From: Chrysomallon squamiferum
Lineage: Eukaryota; Animalia; Mollusca
Reading direction: 5' to 3'
Assembly: GCA_012295275.1 (NCBI GenBank)
Contig: CM022675.1
Span: 15,128,001 to 15,192,000 of the forward strand
DNA: 64,000 nucleotides
Made by a program: the position numbers and the translations under genes. Positions 1 through 15,818 of this stretch are shown piece by piece (position 1 is the first letter of the stretch; each line of letters begins with the position of its first letter). The notes under the pieces are model-generated. The model worked only from the letters and a program-made list of their open reading frames with translations. It was not told the DNA's origin and did no database searches.

Positions 1-713
1 CAGTTTATTAATAGATTCCCAGTATTTTACTACATCATGTATTTTCATTTAAAGTAGAATGTACAACTTTATTTTATTATTTTTTAATTAAACAGTTTTC
101 ATTTATAAATAGAAGAATCACAGACACAAACGCACGCATATACATACACATACCATTCACAACAATAATGTTCGAAATGCCGATTTACATAAAAGTTATT
201 GAAAATAAAACGTATATTTAATACATTTAATAAATTATCCCTTTCGATATTTATCAACTTTGTAAATATTACTTTACTTTAAAAATGTGAACAGATAACA
301 AAATGTTGTCTTTTTAAACGTTTTTTCTTTTGAATATGTTTTTGCTGCACCGTCGCTAGACCTCCTAAGACATACCACTTAATTAACAACATTCAGCAGC
401 AGAATACAGCTGTTTATACACATCAGTTTGTAAATACTTGTTTAATATCTGGAGAAAATAAAGTAATTTATTAATTAATCAAATTAACCGTTCAATACAC
501 ATTAACAAATCAGGATTTCCATACCTTGACGAAAAAAAAAGAGAAAAAAACGGAGAAAGTTTTATCCAGTTAGACGGTTGCAACTTACACTAATACCTCT
601 GATCAGGTCGGCCTAATGTGTTGTCATCTGTCAGACTGTCCTCATAAAGGTTTGATCGAGCTTACTGATACAGACGATGATGATGATGTTGATGATAATT
701 ATTATTATTATTG

Positions 714-793
<80 letters not shown>
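714..793. repeat. (TAG)n microsatellite, preceded by GAT/TAT triplets
   Basis: Perfect trinucleotide run; explains the spurious poly-Leu ORF 631-813. Confidence 0.95.
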
Positions 794-1116
794 TTCAGTT
801 TTATCTGACTCATGGTAAATAATTAGTAACAACTATTACAAGATATGTTTTCCATGGCAAGGTGTTAAAAACAACAACAAAAAAAACCCCCCACTTTTCT
901 ATTAACAGATACACTAATTTATTCCTTTTTAATATATCATTACAAAATGAATTTTAATGCACTAAACAAAAATCATTTATTATTATCATCAAAAGTAATG
1001 TTGTTTTTATTGGTGCTGTCGTCGCCGTCGTAATTTCTTTTGTAATGTTTTCTGTTATACCTGTTTATTCTTTAATCAAGTAAAATATGATACTTAATGT
1101 TGCCTTTTATCTCCAG

Positions 1117-1500
1117 ATCACTGTGAGATGGGACGCGGCCCGACCCCCGCTCTGCTCGCCCGGGGCTGTGGCTTGCAATGAGCATGCATGAGAGAGACAC
1201 GAGGCTTTTCAAAATGACTGCCTTGAAGTACAATTACACCTATGATATTGGGGATCACTTTAATGGAATAAGTTTGCCAAACCAAATAAAACGGAGTCCT
1301 CCAATCAGATAACTGAAACAAGTGATTGACAGCTGTTTTCTTCTCTCTGAGCCTCTCGACAAACTTAGATAGCCAGTGATTGACACATCGGATTATCACC
1401 AAGCAGGCAGCATTGGGCTTTATGACGTCATTTTCTGAGGTGACTTCTACACTGTAACGTGACAAATATCGGATTCAGTGACAAACGGACACGGAGTTGA
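1117..1500 (+). promoter_or_regulatory. Candidate hedgehog proximal promoter / 5'UTR region
   Basis: Locally GC/CpG-richer patch 300-670 bp upstream of the hh ATG, with CCAAT at 1301 and a palindromic CRE TGACGTCA at 1423-1430. The TSS cannot be placed from sequence alone. Confidence 0.3.
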
Positions 1501-1514
1501 TTTTAAGGACTTTC

Positions 1515-1549
<35 letters not shown>

Positions 1550-1787
1550 CCTCTCCATCAGCCCAAATGATCTTCAATGTAGATATAAATATATACATTC
1601 TGGAAAATGCGCCTTTAAGAAAATGGAAATGTACGTGGAGGAGTGATTTTTTAACATAGTCATTACCATTTGAAGATATTTATGTATTTCAAAGGTTTCT
1701 TCATACCTTGTAAATTATTACTAGGTGGTGTGTTTAAAGTACGCAAGACGCGTGTCTCCAGGGAAACCTAATCCGGAGAGTCGTAAC

Positions 1788-2096
1788 ATGCCGAGCCTAG
1801 TAGCCCTGAAGTCAGTAGAAGCAGTGGTGATAAGTTTATTACTTCTTACCAGTTTATCCCTACAATGTGGACCAGGCAGGGGCTCAGGGCGCCGCCGGAG
1901 ACCGCGAAAATTAACCCCTTTAGTTTTCAAACAACGTGTTCCAAATGTATCGGAAAATACTATAGGCGCCAGTGGTTTACCTGATACCCCCATCAGAAGA
2001 AACGATCCCAAATTTAAAACGCTCGTTGTTAACAGGAATCCAGACATTTATTTTAAAGACGAAGAGGGGACAGGGGCTGATCGAATAATGTCACAG
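1788..2096 (+). CDS. hh: Hedgehog, coding exon 1 (signal peptide and start of HhN)
   Basis: ATG 1788; hydrophobic signal peptide, then CGPGRG (palmitoylated Cys), basic Cardin-Weintraub motif [27 protein letters not shown] and [15 protein letters not shown]; phase-0 donor CAG|GTAAAT at 2096/2097. Confidence 0.97.
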
Positions 2097-2272
2097 GTAA
2101 ATTCAGTATTTTATTTTATTTTAAGTAATTTTATTTAATTTTTCATTTCTGAATTTTGTAATTCTTTTCTCTCTCTCTCTCTCTCTCTTTGTTATTTATT
2201 TCTTTATTTCCATATTTTAAAAAAATTATTATTTAAATAATAATAATAATAACAGCAACAACAAGAGCAACA

Positions 2273-2303
<31 letters not shown>

Positions 2304-4159
2304 TACTATTATCATCATCATCATCATCAATATTATTATTATTACATTTTTTGTTTTGTTGTTGCTGTGATGGTTGTATTATTGCTATTGTTGCTATTAT
2401 TGTTTTTTCGCTTCTGCTAAACTTTAATTAATTTAAGAGAAGGAACAATTAAAAGTTAAGGGTTGGGTTTCAAAAACGTTGTGACGGCTTTTGCTGCGTG
2501 TTGAAACATTTTTACAGCTCCAGATTTTATTAAATAACTTCTTGTTAATATTGTCTGAAATGAAAACAAATAAAATTTTCAGTGAATTTCTTACAACTAT
2601 TACTGTAAAGCTAAAGGTTTGAAAGGACTGCGAAATTTATCTTGTGGTTAACACTAATTTATTTATTTATTTTTATTTCATTTTATTTATCTTGTAACTA
2701 TCAGCGATGTTAACCATATTTTTGAGATACCAATTTCAGTTATACATCATTCTTACACAGTGTTAAAAATACTATCGTTGTAGTATATTTAAATACAGCT
2801 TTAAAATACTCTTCTTCTAGTGAAATACTTATCTTAATTAAACATTTTGAGTACTGTCTTTATATTGCACTGATTGAAATATATCTAAAATAAAACTTTA
2901 AAAGTATTAGGTGATAATTATAACATGGACTATAATTATATTAATTATTAACAATTTCAGAACGTTTAGTTTCGAATACCATATGTACATGAATGTTACA
3001 AACAATTAAATTATTTATGTAAAATATTAAATGTTATTAATGATACCTAATTCATTCGAGGGTAAAAAATAAAATAAAAATAAAATAAAATAAAATAAAA
3101 TAAAATAAAATAAAATAAAATAAAACAAACCACCAAGAAAGCAAACAAACAAACAAACAAACAAACAAATAAATAAATAAGTAACAAAAATACAAAAAAA
3201 AGGAGAAGAAAACAACAACATCTCCACTATTTAGAAGAAGTAAAATTGGAGGTTGTTTCGGGTTTAGAACAATCAAAACAAGACAACAGTCACAATGATG
3301 CAGAAGTGCTTGGCTTCTCGTGTCTTGTATATATTAGTAGAACTGAAATCAGCCTCTTATCAACTGATCACTGTTTTAAATCGGTTAAAAATTCCCAAAT
3401 TTTATAATTATAATTATCCACTTTGATGAATTTTATTGTTAATAAAATTCTCCCTTAAATAAAATACATTTAATTTCATTATTCAAATTTAACTGTATAT
3501 ATAAATTGCATATATCAAACAAGTCAAACACTATACTTGTTTTATAATAGAATGTTATTACATATCTTTATATCTACACCATGAAGTATGCTACATAGAT
3601 TTTTTATTAAATGATTTATCTAGATAAAAAAAAAAAACCCAAAAACCATTATCACAGTAATAATATTTTGAATTTCAGGCATTTTAAATGTCACGTCACG
3701 CAATAAAGGAATCACAATATACAGTTATAAACATTGCCCTTGTTTCTATTTATTAGATGAGTTATCAGACTTGTATTTCAAAGCGTGTAATGATGATACT
3801 CTGATGTAGCTACTCGCAGCAGTCTGTGCTAATCCAGCTAAGTCATACATAGTCGTTGTCCGTCTGTAAGTAACGGTGTAAGAGATGTAGGGTACTTACA
3901 CTTTTTATTTTAAATAATACCAGATATAAAGAACAGTCTTAAATTCTTGTCTATCAGATCATTTGCAGATGCTTTGCCAGAGATTTTGTCAGCTCAAAAC
4001 AATTTCGCATGTATGTCTATATGTGCGTAAAGTTAGAAGAAAATTAGTTCGCTGTCAGAAATAGCTCAGACAAAATCTGCTGCAGTTAATGAATAACGAA
4101 AGAAATTTGAAAAGGTAAAATAAAAACGAAAAAAAAGAAACGAAACAAAACTAAAGTGG

Positions 4160-4201
<42 letters not shown>

Positions 4202-4258
4202 TAAACCGTTAAACTCTTTTCGTCAGTATGAACTAATTAATTTATTTTTTATTAATAT

Positions 4259-4300
<42 letters not shown>

Positions 4301-4882
4301 TATATTTTGGCTTTCATAATTTAAAATGATAAAATTATAAAATACAATATATTAAAAATAAATATTGTTGTTTATCTTATATTTACTATTCGCCTTATAT
4401 TGTCAGGTGACAGAAAAAGAAAAAACAAACAAATTTGTTTTCCGTGAAAGAGTGACTGTCGTATTAATTGATTAGATTTATACATGTCAAGTAAATGTCA
4501 TAATACTGAAAGTTATTAGAAGTCAGGTTAATGTTTTAATATTGAACCTAAAAGGTTTTCTGTCTTTGTATCTCAGAAAACCATCCACCTCCGAAAAACA
4601 TTCACGAAGTTCTCTGTCACATATTATTGTACTTTAATTATTTCTTTTTTTCTTTTTTTTTTTTTTTTTCAAAGTTTTCACCAGTCAGATTTTACATAAT
4701 TATTGATTTCTTCTTGCTTTGTTAATACTTAACTGTGTTTTTAAACTTATTTATTTATTTATTTATTTATTTTACCTGTGGTAAATTTTGATTAGCTTTT
4801 GCTTGTACTTTTCTGGTATTATTATATTTCGAATATTATTTAGTAGTTCGTGTTCTTTTATTGTTGTTGTTGTTGTTGTTGA

Positions 4883-4916
<34 letters not shown>

Positions 4917-4979
4917 TGCTAGTAAATGTTAAAAATAATAATACTAATAAGAAGACGAACGACAGTAACAACTTCGACT

Positions 4980-5036
<57 letters not shown>

Positions 5037-5437
5037 GTAATAGTAGTAACAGTGATTTATTTATTAATGGTTTGCGACTGAACATAGTAAGGACATTGCT
5101 TGTTGATAAAACATACTTGTGGAGAAATTTACTAAGTGTGTCCACGTGATTTGTCTATTGCTTTTAAGGGTTAGCTCTATTCACTGTGGGCTTAAATTTC
5201 ACATCAAACTTAGAATTGTTTATGAAGAGCATAAATAACATTTGACAAAACACTTAACTGTAATATCTCACAACAACGTTGTAATCTATAGTCTGTGTAC
5301 TTAATGACCTCTTTTAGATAACAGTTTCTCCCGTTGTTTCTTTTGTGTTTAAAAATTAATTCTCCGCGCACGCACCCACGCACACACACATAAAGACGCC
5401 AACACTTAAAAACAGACGTATGTCTCCTTGCACAAAT

Positions 5438-5492
<55 letters not shown>

Positions 5493-6472
5493 GTTTGCTT
5501 AAAAATGAATACTGCTAATTTGTTTAATTTTAAGTTGACGACATAATGTTGTATTTGCAGTAAAACGAAAGTGGTTTATGTGCGATATAGAATATATTCT
5601 CTTTAGTGCTTTTCTTATTATACTAATTTGAAAACGTAATTGATCATTAGAGCATTTCCATTATAATACATGTTAAGTTTCATGATAGTATTGACACTAG
5701 AAATTTATTATTTCGTACTATTTATTTTCCTTTTACACCTTTGTCTGAGCTCTGTCGATTTTTGTAAAATGAAATGTTAAACTCGGATGCTCTTTCAATA
5801 TTGGAAAGTGTATACACTCAGACTGTAGTATATATATTTGTTACTGTTGCTTCGTCGTAATTACAACTGACTCCGAACTGAATACTACTTTGAATTATGT
5901 AACAACTGGCAAACATTGCCCACTAATGCCAACAAAGATTACATCAAAGATTACATCATTACCATTCGATTCATTTTGAGCGGATTTCTTTGAATGGTTT
6001 CTTTCCATTGTAAAAAGCTTGTCAACTGACCATTGTTGCTGAGCCGACGTGTACATTTCAGTAATTAGTGGAAATATAAAAGAAAGTGTTGTTGCAAGCA
6101 TTTGTGTATTTTTAGTTTCTTAATATAATTACTACTGATTCATTGAAATACGATGACGACGACGACTAACACCACCTAGAACAACAACAGCAGCAACAAC
6201 ATTAATAATAATAATATGCTGAATCGTATACAAATATTTTACTATATTAATTGGTAGTTTCATTGTATTCTGATCTAATTAGTAATATCTATTAATAATA
6301 TATTTTAATAAGTTTAAAATCAGTGTTAACACTGGGAAATGAATTATTATTTCAAGTTTTGATAAATCTAACTATTAAAAAAGAATAAAGTCATCTTATT
6401 TCGAATTTTATAATGAGTGTTGCAGCCACTTTTCAGTTAATTATATCTAAATTAAAACAAAGATTCTTAGGA

Positions 6473-6530
<58 letters not shown>

Positions 6531-8144
6531 TTTGTCAAAGTAGATCAAAACTTTTGAACACTTTTTTTTTTGGTTCAGTTGAAACGTGAAATGTTTTGTC
6601 TTACATCGAGCCAAACACTCATTTAAAACACAGCGGTATTTACGCATGTGTGGCATGCAGTAACATAATGAAATTTCGTTTTGAATTGTCTGTATTCCTG
6701 TTCTGTTTCACGGTCTCCAATTATCCTTTCTAAAATAATCGGCATTTCTGTGCCTTCGTTTGAAGAGTTGTCAAGTTCCGGTTTTGTGACGTTAAACAAA
6801 GCTTGAGAGGTTTGAGTATTAACATTTTGTGACCTACTTTTTGAAGGGAACAAACAGAGTCAAATGATGGGGTATATCTTGTGAGAGAATGGTGTATGTA
6901 CTCGCTTCTGAAGAATCAATTAACACGTTATTCTGTAAATGTCAGGAAAACGACGGCTTTTTTAATTGTTTACCGACGCCATCCACGAGTGGACACGTCG
7001 CAGAGCAATGATCCCTCGTTACAACGACGACATTCCCCAAATAAATAACTGCTTCGACCGTCTCCTAAAAACTGGAACTCTACAAATGATTAATTTCTAA
7101 AGATTAACCAATGTTGTATTTGGATATTTGTCAAAGTGATGTCTGTCAAAGCTCTTTTATTTAAAAGCAATTTATATGAGTTTTTTTTTTTTTTTTTAAA
7201 TACCCCTTTTAAATCCATAAATATGTTCCTAGTTTATCTCATAGTAAGCATTTATGAAACAAATTAATTCCCATTTTGAAGATATTCCGTTGCACTGTAA
7301 TTTTTCGTTGGATCAGAAATGCTTAGATATCAGTGTCAGAATACAGAAATGCAAGCTTTCTCTGAATGGCTGTACAAGTCTGTTTACTGTATAGTTCTGT
7401 GTTCCCCAGTCTTGTTCACTTCACTTTATAATATTTTGTGTAAACACACAACAATGCATTATCAGTGTGTGTCAATAGCCGTGTGTGCACATCTATATGT
7501 TTTAATTACCGAACCCTTCAAAGTGTGTACACGTCGCTATGTGTCGAAACAGTTTGACTTCCCCGTCACAAACATTCAGCTGTTATTAGAGTCGATTTTA
7601 GTCATTTGGATATATTATTGTTGTTGTTGTCATTAATATAGTCTGATTTGATGATATTTTTTGCTACTATGATTTGGGTTATGTTTCAACAAAACTGAAG
7701 AAGTAAATTAAAATACCTAGGTTTCCAAGTGACTGGCTCATTTCTAAACAAGCATCTTCAGTTGTTTAAAACAGTTGTGTAAGATAGTTGAACATGTCAA
7801 GGTAGCCAGTGAATGCTGGTATGTTTCTTTACATCATAGATTGAGTCGCTTTCCTTGACCCTTTTTACAGTCTATCAGATATCACAAGAGTAAAGTTTAT
7901 CCGACAACGTCACCAAATACAGGCTTATATTCATAAATTGCATTGCTGTATTGGTGGTGTTGTCATTATTTTTGTTTTTATTGTTGTACTGATAATATTT
8001 TCTGAATTTGTTAATTTTCAATTCAGGATGTGTTTCTTTTCTTTATATATTAACACAGAGAGACATACTTAAGGCAATATATTTTGTGTTCATTATATTT
8101 ATTTATAAACATTTAATTAACAATATATAATTATGGATGTGTGC

Positions 8145-8244
<100 letters not shown>

Positions 8245-10490
8245 GGATGTGATGTCATAGTTGACCCCTGACCTGGGCTGAAGTCATCTAGTGGTATGCT
8301 TGTCCATATAGCTAGGTGTGAGTCTCCTTCTTGAATAGTAAGTAGCGGCTTACTGTATTGTAGCAAAGAAAACAATTTTCCTTCATAAATAGTTAAAGAT
8401 ATATTCACCACTTTGATGTCTTGTATCCGGCGCCTTAAATGTAATTTCAGGACTGATCTGCATACACATTTAGTGTTATTTTGTCCACTCAGAGTCTTAA
8501 TGTGTACAATATATGTTCTTGTGTTTTTGTTCTCTCACATTGGCAGGTACTGTTAGGCGGATTACACACACAATGTGTCTGACCATAAGTCCTGTTATTT
8601 CTGTGACACTTAAACCATATAGAGTATTTAAATGAAATTTGTCAGAAGGGCGACATTCGGAAAATTTTCACTTTAACGGGTTATTGTTGTTCCTGAATTG
8701 TAAGACTTTGCTGAGAAATCTGGTGACATTAAAAAACGTTTCGGTAGATTATGACTTGCGTAACTGATCGTGTATCAGAAATAGATGTAAGCAAAAAGAA
8801 GAAAAGAACACAAAGAGACACATTTTACCTGTGGGTTATTTATTCCTTTGACAAAGTGGCCTCAAAGGCGTTCTGAAGGATCATCTCTCTCTCTCTTTGT
8901 ATCTCTCCCTCTCTCTAACAATTAATTGGCAAAAACGAAAGGGCAGCAAATTATTGTTTTCAAAAAATCTATTTCGTTAAACATCTTGCACATAATGTTC
9001 CGGTCCAGTAATAGTCACTAGACTGGTACTAGAACAATAAATGTGTGTATACGTTAATGTAAAGCTGTGCCATATTTGTTTACATAAAAACTCCTTTATG
9101 GATCATTTTAAACATGTTTGTACCGATTCTAAAGCAGGCTAAGCTTCATTAGCAGTGGACTGCGCAGTATTTCTCGACATCAAGAGAAAACGCAGTGAAT
9201 AAAGCTCTCAGATGTGACATTGTGCTGTGTAAACTGTAAACAACAGTTATAAATATTTCAGTTAATAATTAGCGCTTCATTGTTTACAGTACACATTTAC
9301 ATTTTGGAGATAATGTCAGTACAGGTTTTAGAATATTAAACAAGATATACAATATTGAGTGTGTTTGTCTGTATGTATGTGCATCTTTCCAGAGCGTTAG
9401 GAGTACAAATGACGAGAAAATTCTTCTTCTTCTTCTTATTATTATTATTAATTTTAAATATATATATATATATATATAATTAATAATAATAATAATAATG
9501 TATGTATGTATATATTATTCCTATAGTTTTGTTGTTATTTAGTGTTCTATATTTCTTCTACTTTTTCTTCAACTTTTCCTTCTTTTGTATAGATATAAAT
9601 TTGAATAACGGTATCGAATTTCTTAAACATTTATTTACCACCAAAAGGAACAGAAACCATTTGATGTTATTTGGGTTTGTTTTCCCCACAGATAAGCAAA
9701 ACTAATAAAAAGTAATACGTGCAGTAGTAATAGTAGCATTGTTGTTGTTGTAGCAGTAATAGTATTAATAGTAGCAGCAATAGCACCAGCACCAGCACTA
9801 ATAGTAATAGTAGTAATGGCAGTAGTTGTAGTTGTAGTAGTTGTAGTAGTTGTAGCAGCAGAAGCATCAGTAACAGCAGCACAGTAATATTGATGCTATT
9901 ATCACTGGTGATCACTTTTGTTTCCCACAAGTACCTGTTTTCACGTGTAAAATGTTTGTGGTGAGTGAACACAGTGGGGTCCGTGTTTGCCCAGACTGGA
10001 AAGTCGACTATGTGATGGGAACTGAACATTCACCACATTTCTCTGATATATGTGTCTAGTCGCGATTCGGATTAAATATAATCCTATTTAAGCCTTTGGA
10101 TTTATTTCAATCTGCACAGCTGTGTTCGCGCAACGTGGTTTAATCTGATATTTACAAACTTTAGGCGCAAATGTTCATCTCTGCTACACGAACAAAACAC
10201 TTCGATTGAAATCTTAAGATGGGGCGGCAAAAAAAGTCCGCATTTTGACAAATTTGCCAGTTTAGAAGAAAAATGGTAACGACTTTTGTTAGACACCCTA
10301 CTACACTGACAAATTAAGGTTTATTTAATAAATCTCCATTTTCTTCTTAAATTTGTATGTTCAAATTAACACCTAAATATTGTTTTATATTTTGTTTCGA
10401 TTTAAGTGTAGCTTTTTCCTTTAAATCTCACTACAGAAGTTTGCTCTCTTGCTGTTATTAATGCTTGGTAGACATTCTAACAGGAGTACG

Positions 10491-10747
<257 letters not shown>

Positions 10748-10799
10748 CCATTATTTTAGCAGCTATTTTATGTCTATTTTTTTTTTTTGTGTTTATTAG

Positions 10800-11061
10800 A
10801 GGTGCAAGGATAAGCTGAATATGCTGGCTGTGTCTGTGTCGAACCAGTGGCCCGGGGTAAAACTGAGGGTGGTGGAAGCCTGGGACGAAGATGGAACTCA
10901 CTCGAAGGATTCTCTTCACTACGAGGGTCGCGCCGTCGACATCACCACGTCCGACAAAGACAGCAGCAAATACGGCATGCTTGCCCGCCTAGCTGTGGAG
11001 GCGGGTTTTGACTGGGTGTATTATGAATCGCGTAATCATATCCACTGTTCTGTTAAGTCAG
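10800..11061 (+). CDS. hh: Hedgehog, coding exon 2 (HhN core)
   Basis: Poly-T tract and TAG|AGG acceptor; encodes [75 protein letters not shown] with Zn/Ca ligands intact; phase-1 donor G|GTGAG. Confidence 0.98.
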
Positions 11062-13545
11062 GTGAGAATATATAGTTAACTTCATACCGCGTTACGGTTT
11101 TAACAAACACCAATTAAGCACGTAGTTTTAGATTTTTAAATGCGAGCTAAAAGAAGTTTTCACATAATTTTCGAAAAGAAAACTGTGGCACATTAATATG
11201 GGCGTTCAGCCATGTTTACTCAGTTCTAAAGAGGGGAAACAGTCCAAAATACCGTTATAGCACGACAAAAGGTGAGGTCTCAGCTTCCTATTCACATATT
11301 ATTTAGGGTCAGCCCGAACACCGCCAAGATCATTAAAGTGTTGACAAATTTTCTCAAATTTCTCGTTTTCTAGTGTACACCCAAATTTGTGCATATCGCC
11401 AGTAGGCGTGCGGGCAGTAATGGGCAGAGTGTGTTTGCTGTTGGATCAGATTTCTGCCTGAGTATTCAAAGTGCTTCAAAAGAACATTTTAATATCTTCT
11501 GCCTCAGGTTCGCGAAATAAGTTTCTATCTTACACATGACAACAGTGAAAGTGTTTTGAGTACAAAATAAGTACTGGGACAAAAATAACCACAAATTATA
11601 CTCTTTTCTTTTAATGAAAATATTTTTTTACTTAAATGTAAGTAGATTTCGTAATAACTCTTTTGTTAAATGGTTTCAGCAGGTTGTGATCGACCAGGAA
11701 ATTCTATGAAACTTCGTGTGTTTGTTTCAGATCGGCCAGAACCTGGTGCGCTCTAAATAAGAGAGAATAAATAAAAGAGAAATAGAAATCTATCTTGATA
11801 AATGATTTACAAATAAAATATCTATTTATTAATAATCGTAATCAGCTTTATCTTTTTTTAATGAGATTTATTTATGGGTTTTTGCCATATTCATGTATTA
11901 AATTGTCTCGCTGAAATTTCCTGTAATGTTTATGAAAAGTGTAAGTAAATTGTGAACGCGACACGCAGTCTGACATTGGCTCGAGTGTTTGTCTAGGTTT
12001 CTCGCTGTGTAAACTGTGGATGCCTTGTTACAGAAGAAATGTATGAAGAACTGATCAGCTTCCTCGCCTGGAGCCCGGTTCCATCAATTACTGTGTAAAA
12101 AAGAACAAAAGTGCACACCTAAATGGCGATATCCGCATCGTTTCCATTGAAAGTAAAGTTTAATATTTTTTGCTTAACCGAACAAAGGATTGGAGTATAT
12201 AATCAGGTGTTTGTTATCTAAACGAACAGAGCTAACCATCAAATGCTCGTGTCTCAGTTTAAGCATGACATTCTTCCCATCAGAATGATTGTTGGAAAAC
12301 ACCTTCTAAGTGTTTTCGTAAGATGAATAAATTGAAAGCCTAAAGTGAGCAAACGAAAAAGAGAAACCCGAAGCTTTCACAAAATGAAACAAACTTTGCA
12401 AACAAGCAACATAATATAGCAGCTTTCGTGGTTGTATCACTTGTGTCTCCATGTCGCTGTGATTTCTTAATACTTCGATAAATTCTCCCCCTTCGTTAAT
12501 TATCAGTTTATCTACCCCACAGTTGTTGATCAGTGCTGTGTTGATTTGATGCCTTTTTAACTACTTTTAAGTAAATAAATATAAAACTATAATAAACTAT
12601 AGTCACAAAACTAAATATAATAATGATGAGTGTGAACAATAAATAAATAAATACTAATTTAATTGCAAAACGAAATAATCATTTAGGGCTTCTAACAGGA
12701 ATTTAATAGTTTTAAATAATTTGAAGTATTAAAAACGATTGTAACTTTCAAAATAAATGTAGGTATATTATATACGTGTTACATTATTTTCTCAGTGGAG
12801 GTTCTTTACTTTTATGTATAAAACGGTTAAATGGAGATAACATTCATGCAATTATTTCAGGAAAGGCAATGAGTACAGAAAGTTTCAAACAGGTTTTAAT
12901 AGTTTAAAATAATGACCTTTGACTTTTCTATATCTTTTTGTCCACTTTGCGAAAATGCGTCAAACATGACACATACTCCGAGAACGTCTAGCTAAGCCTA
13001 ACGCTAACTAACGTTGTCACGGATCTCAGTCATCAAGGCACGTTCTATCTTCACGTTTGGTCTTCCCCGTTCGTTACGATACTACTTTGTAGGTTTTGTT
13101 GAGAAATGGTCGGAAAGTCACGAAAATATTAACAGCTGTAAATAGAGACAAAGACAGGAAACATGGACACATTTTGACTTCTCGGCTGCCAGGTCTTTAG
13201 CACCTACGTTCAGGGTAATCAAGTTCATTCTTGTTTCATGTTGCTTTCCCTTTACTGTCGTGCCCCTCAAACTCACATTTGTAAATGTCCGTTAATCTCT
13301 GTTTCCAAATCGACACTTTATTTTAAATAATACCTCAAAACACAACAGATCATAGAAACATAAATAAAACGGGCGGATTTAATGTCTATTTCAATTTTCG
13401 TTTCACTTTTCATCTTCTTCCGTCGTTTATTAATAGTCCCATTTAACAACAGTCGATGCATAAAATATAAATTATTGTAAATAGACACAAATATTGTGAG
13501 TACATGATGATCAAAATAGTAAATGAAGACAACAATAGTTAAAAA

Positions 13546-13659
<114 letters not shown>

Positions 13660-14293
13660 ATTTTATTTTGCTGCGTTCTTTCTTCATCGTCTAAGGCGAT
13701 CACATTATCTGAGATCAAACTGACAGTGTTAAAACGGTGTGATCCGCTTTGTTACCTATGCTATTTCGTCCGCGCAGACCGGCGAGATAAAAACACGATC
13801 TTTGACAAGCTTCATCTTAGCACGGCGGCGCGAAAACGCCATCTTGGTGTTTTATCCATTGTCGCTGACTGTGGACGTTTGACAGTTTTAAAACATTACT
13901 GGCAGATCAGAGTTGATGAGACGATTTTGTTTGGCTGGGTATCTGATGTCGTCGTTTTTACACCATCATTATGGTACCCGTTTAACAAAACGCGGCGCCA
14001 ACCCGATAAGCACAAGATATGACATATACAAATAAATGTGACGTTTCATTTAAAAGTGTAATCGACACTGTATTTGATATACAGAGATGTCCGTACTATA
14101 AGGAAACGAATCACACTCTCTTCATTTATATGGGCTAACTCTCTCTATATATATTTAAAAAACAAAAAACCTGATATAATGCCACACACCCCAAAAATCT
14201 TTGTAATAATAATAATAATTATTATTTCTGAATTCTGTGTAAGGTGAGGAACTGATGTGTTATGATATATGTATGAATTTAACTTTCTTTCAG

Positions 14294-14958
14294 ATTCCTC
14301 GGTGGCAATAAAAATTGGAGGTTGTTTCTCTCATTCGAGCACCGTGTTAACACATTCTGGTGTAAAGACTATGAGCGAATTAACTGTTGGAGAAGAAGTT
14401 CTAAGCCTCAGTGAAAACGGACAGCTTGTATTTAGTGAAGTCATCGCATTTCTCGACAGAAACCAACGGGAAGAAGGTTTGTTTTACACTATTTCAACAG
14501 AAAGTGGAAGAGAGATAACTTTGACACCGAAGCACCTGATTTACACGGTGGATAATAATTCAACAACACGTATCAGATACGCTGAAGAAGTGAGAGAAGG
14601 CCAGTATCTACTGTTAGCCGACAGTGACGACATAAACGGATCATTGACAGTTTCCAGGGTGACGGGTCTGAAAGCCAGGACTGAGTTTGGTGTCTATGCT
14701 CCACTCACTACTGAAGGTTCTATGGTTGTGGATGGGATTGCCGTTTCCTGTTACGCGTATATTAATGACGCTGATTTGGCGCATTTTGCGTTTGCGCCTA
14801 TGAGAGGCTTTCATGCACTGTACAGTTATGTCCCTTGGTTAGTAAGAAACGTCCCATCTAATAGCTCAGAGCAGGCCTCTGGTATTCACCTGTATGCAGA
14901 GCTGCTTTATAACTTCGCTTCTCTCTTTATGAGCAAAACTATGCTTCATGTTCCATGA
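14294..14958 (+). CDS. hh: Hedgehog, coding exon 3 (autoprocessing site and Hint/Hog domain)
   Basis: Acceptor TTTCTTTCAG|AT restores D-S-S-V-A-I-K-I-G-G|C-F; Hint motifs TLTPKHL and YAPLTTEGSMVVDGIAVSCY, then sterol-recognition region (FAPMR..GIHLYAELLY); TGA 14956-14958. Spliced CDS is 1236 nt = 411 aa. Confidence 0.98.
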
Positions 14959-15818
14959 ACTGTCTTCAACTTTTGTTTATTTCTACCTTTTTGTTCAAAC
15001 TCCCGCTTTTATTATTATTTACATCGTTAGCCATACATGACAATGGTAATAGGTAGATGCACCGACAATGGTTAAAAGATTGTTTTTGATGTTACAAATA
15101 GTATATAATTATAAATAGTGTATGTCCAGTAAGACCATGAACATTACGAGCTCGGTCAAGTTATTGTTCAGCTTTAAACAGAACAGAGATGTGCCGTGAC
15201 AGTGAAAGGATTTTCTAGACGTAGACATGTTTGTAACATTGAGGGTGAATATTCAGCTTCGGTTGTCTCCTCAGACAGTGTCAGAAAGAAATTTCACTGA
15301 GAAACGAAAGCCACCAAAATGTAGTTCACCTTCTGACTGCGTCTGAGAGTTAACACAAGCAGATACTTAGCCCTAGTAATCAAAATTTCTGTGATGTGTG
15401 TAATCTTGTATGATATATTTAAAATTTGCATCGTTTAATAGAACACTTTTAGTTTAGAATGCTGTTGGTATTCTTTGTGTATGATGTATACGTATATGTA
15501 AATTGTGCTGGATTAAAGTTCAGCTGTTGTTTAGGTAGCAGATAAATTACGCAAACAATGATTATTTGTAAAATGCTAATATCAACATTGGGTTACCCGC
15601 CATACAATTTCTTGAAAGCCAGAAACTTGATTTCGTGGAAATATTTTTCGAAATATATACACTGTTTTCCACTTACAATATAAATAAAACTCTATATATT
15701 AGTGTGGCTAATTGTACGAAACCTAGCCTAAATACAATATTTCAAACTGCCTGATACAGTATATAAATGTATTTTAAAACTTAACATTTTTGACCACCTT
15801 TGCATGGTTCATAGATGT

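Noticed and set aside
1725-1787. GTG-initiated N-terminal extension of Hedgehog in the ORF track
   Set aside because: ATG 1788 places a normal-length signal peptide before CGPG; there is no reason to invoke a GTG start in an animal gene.
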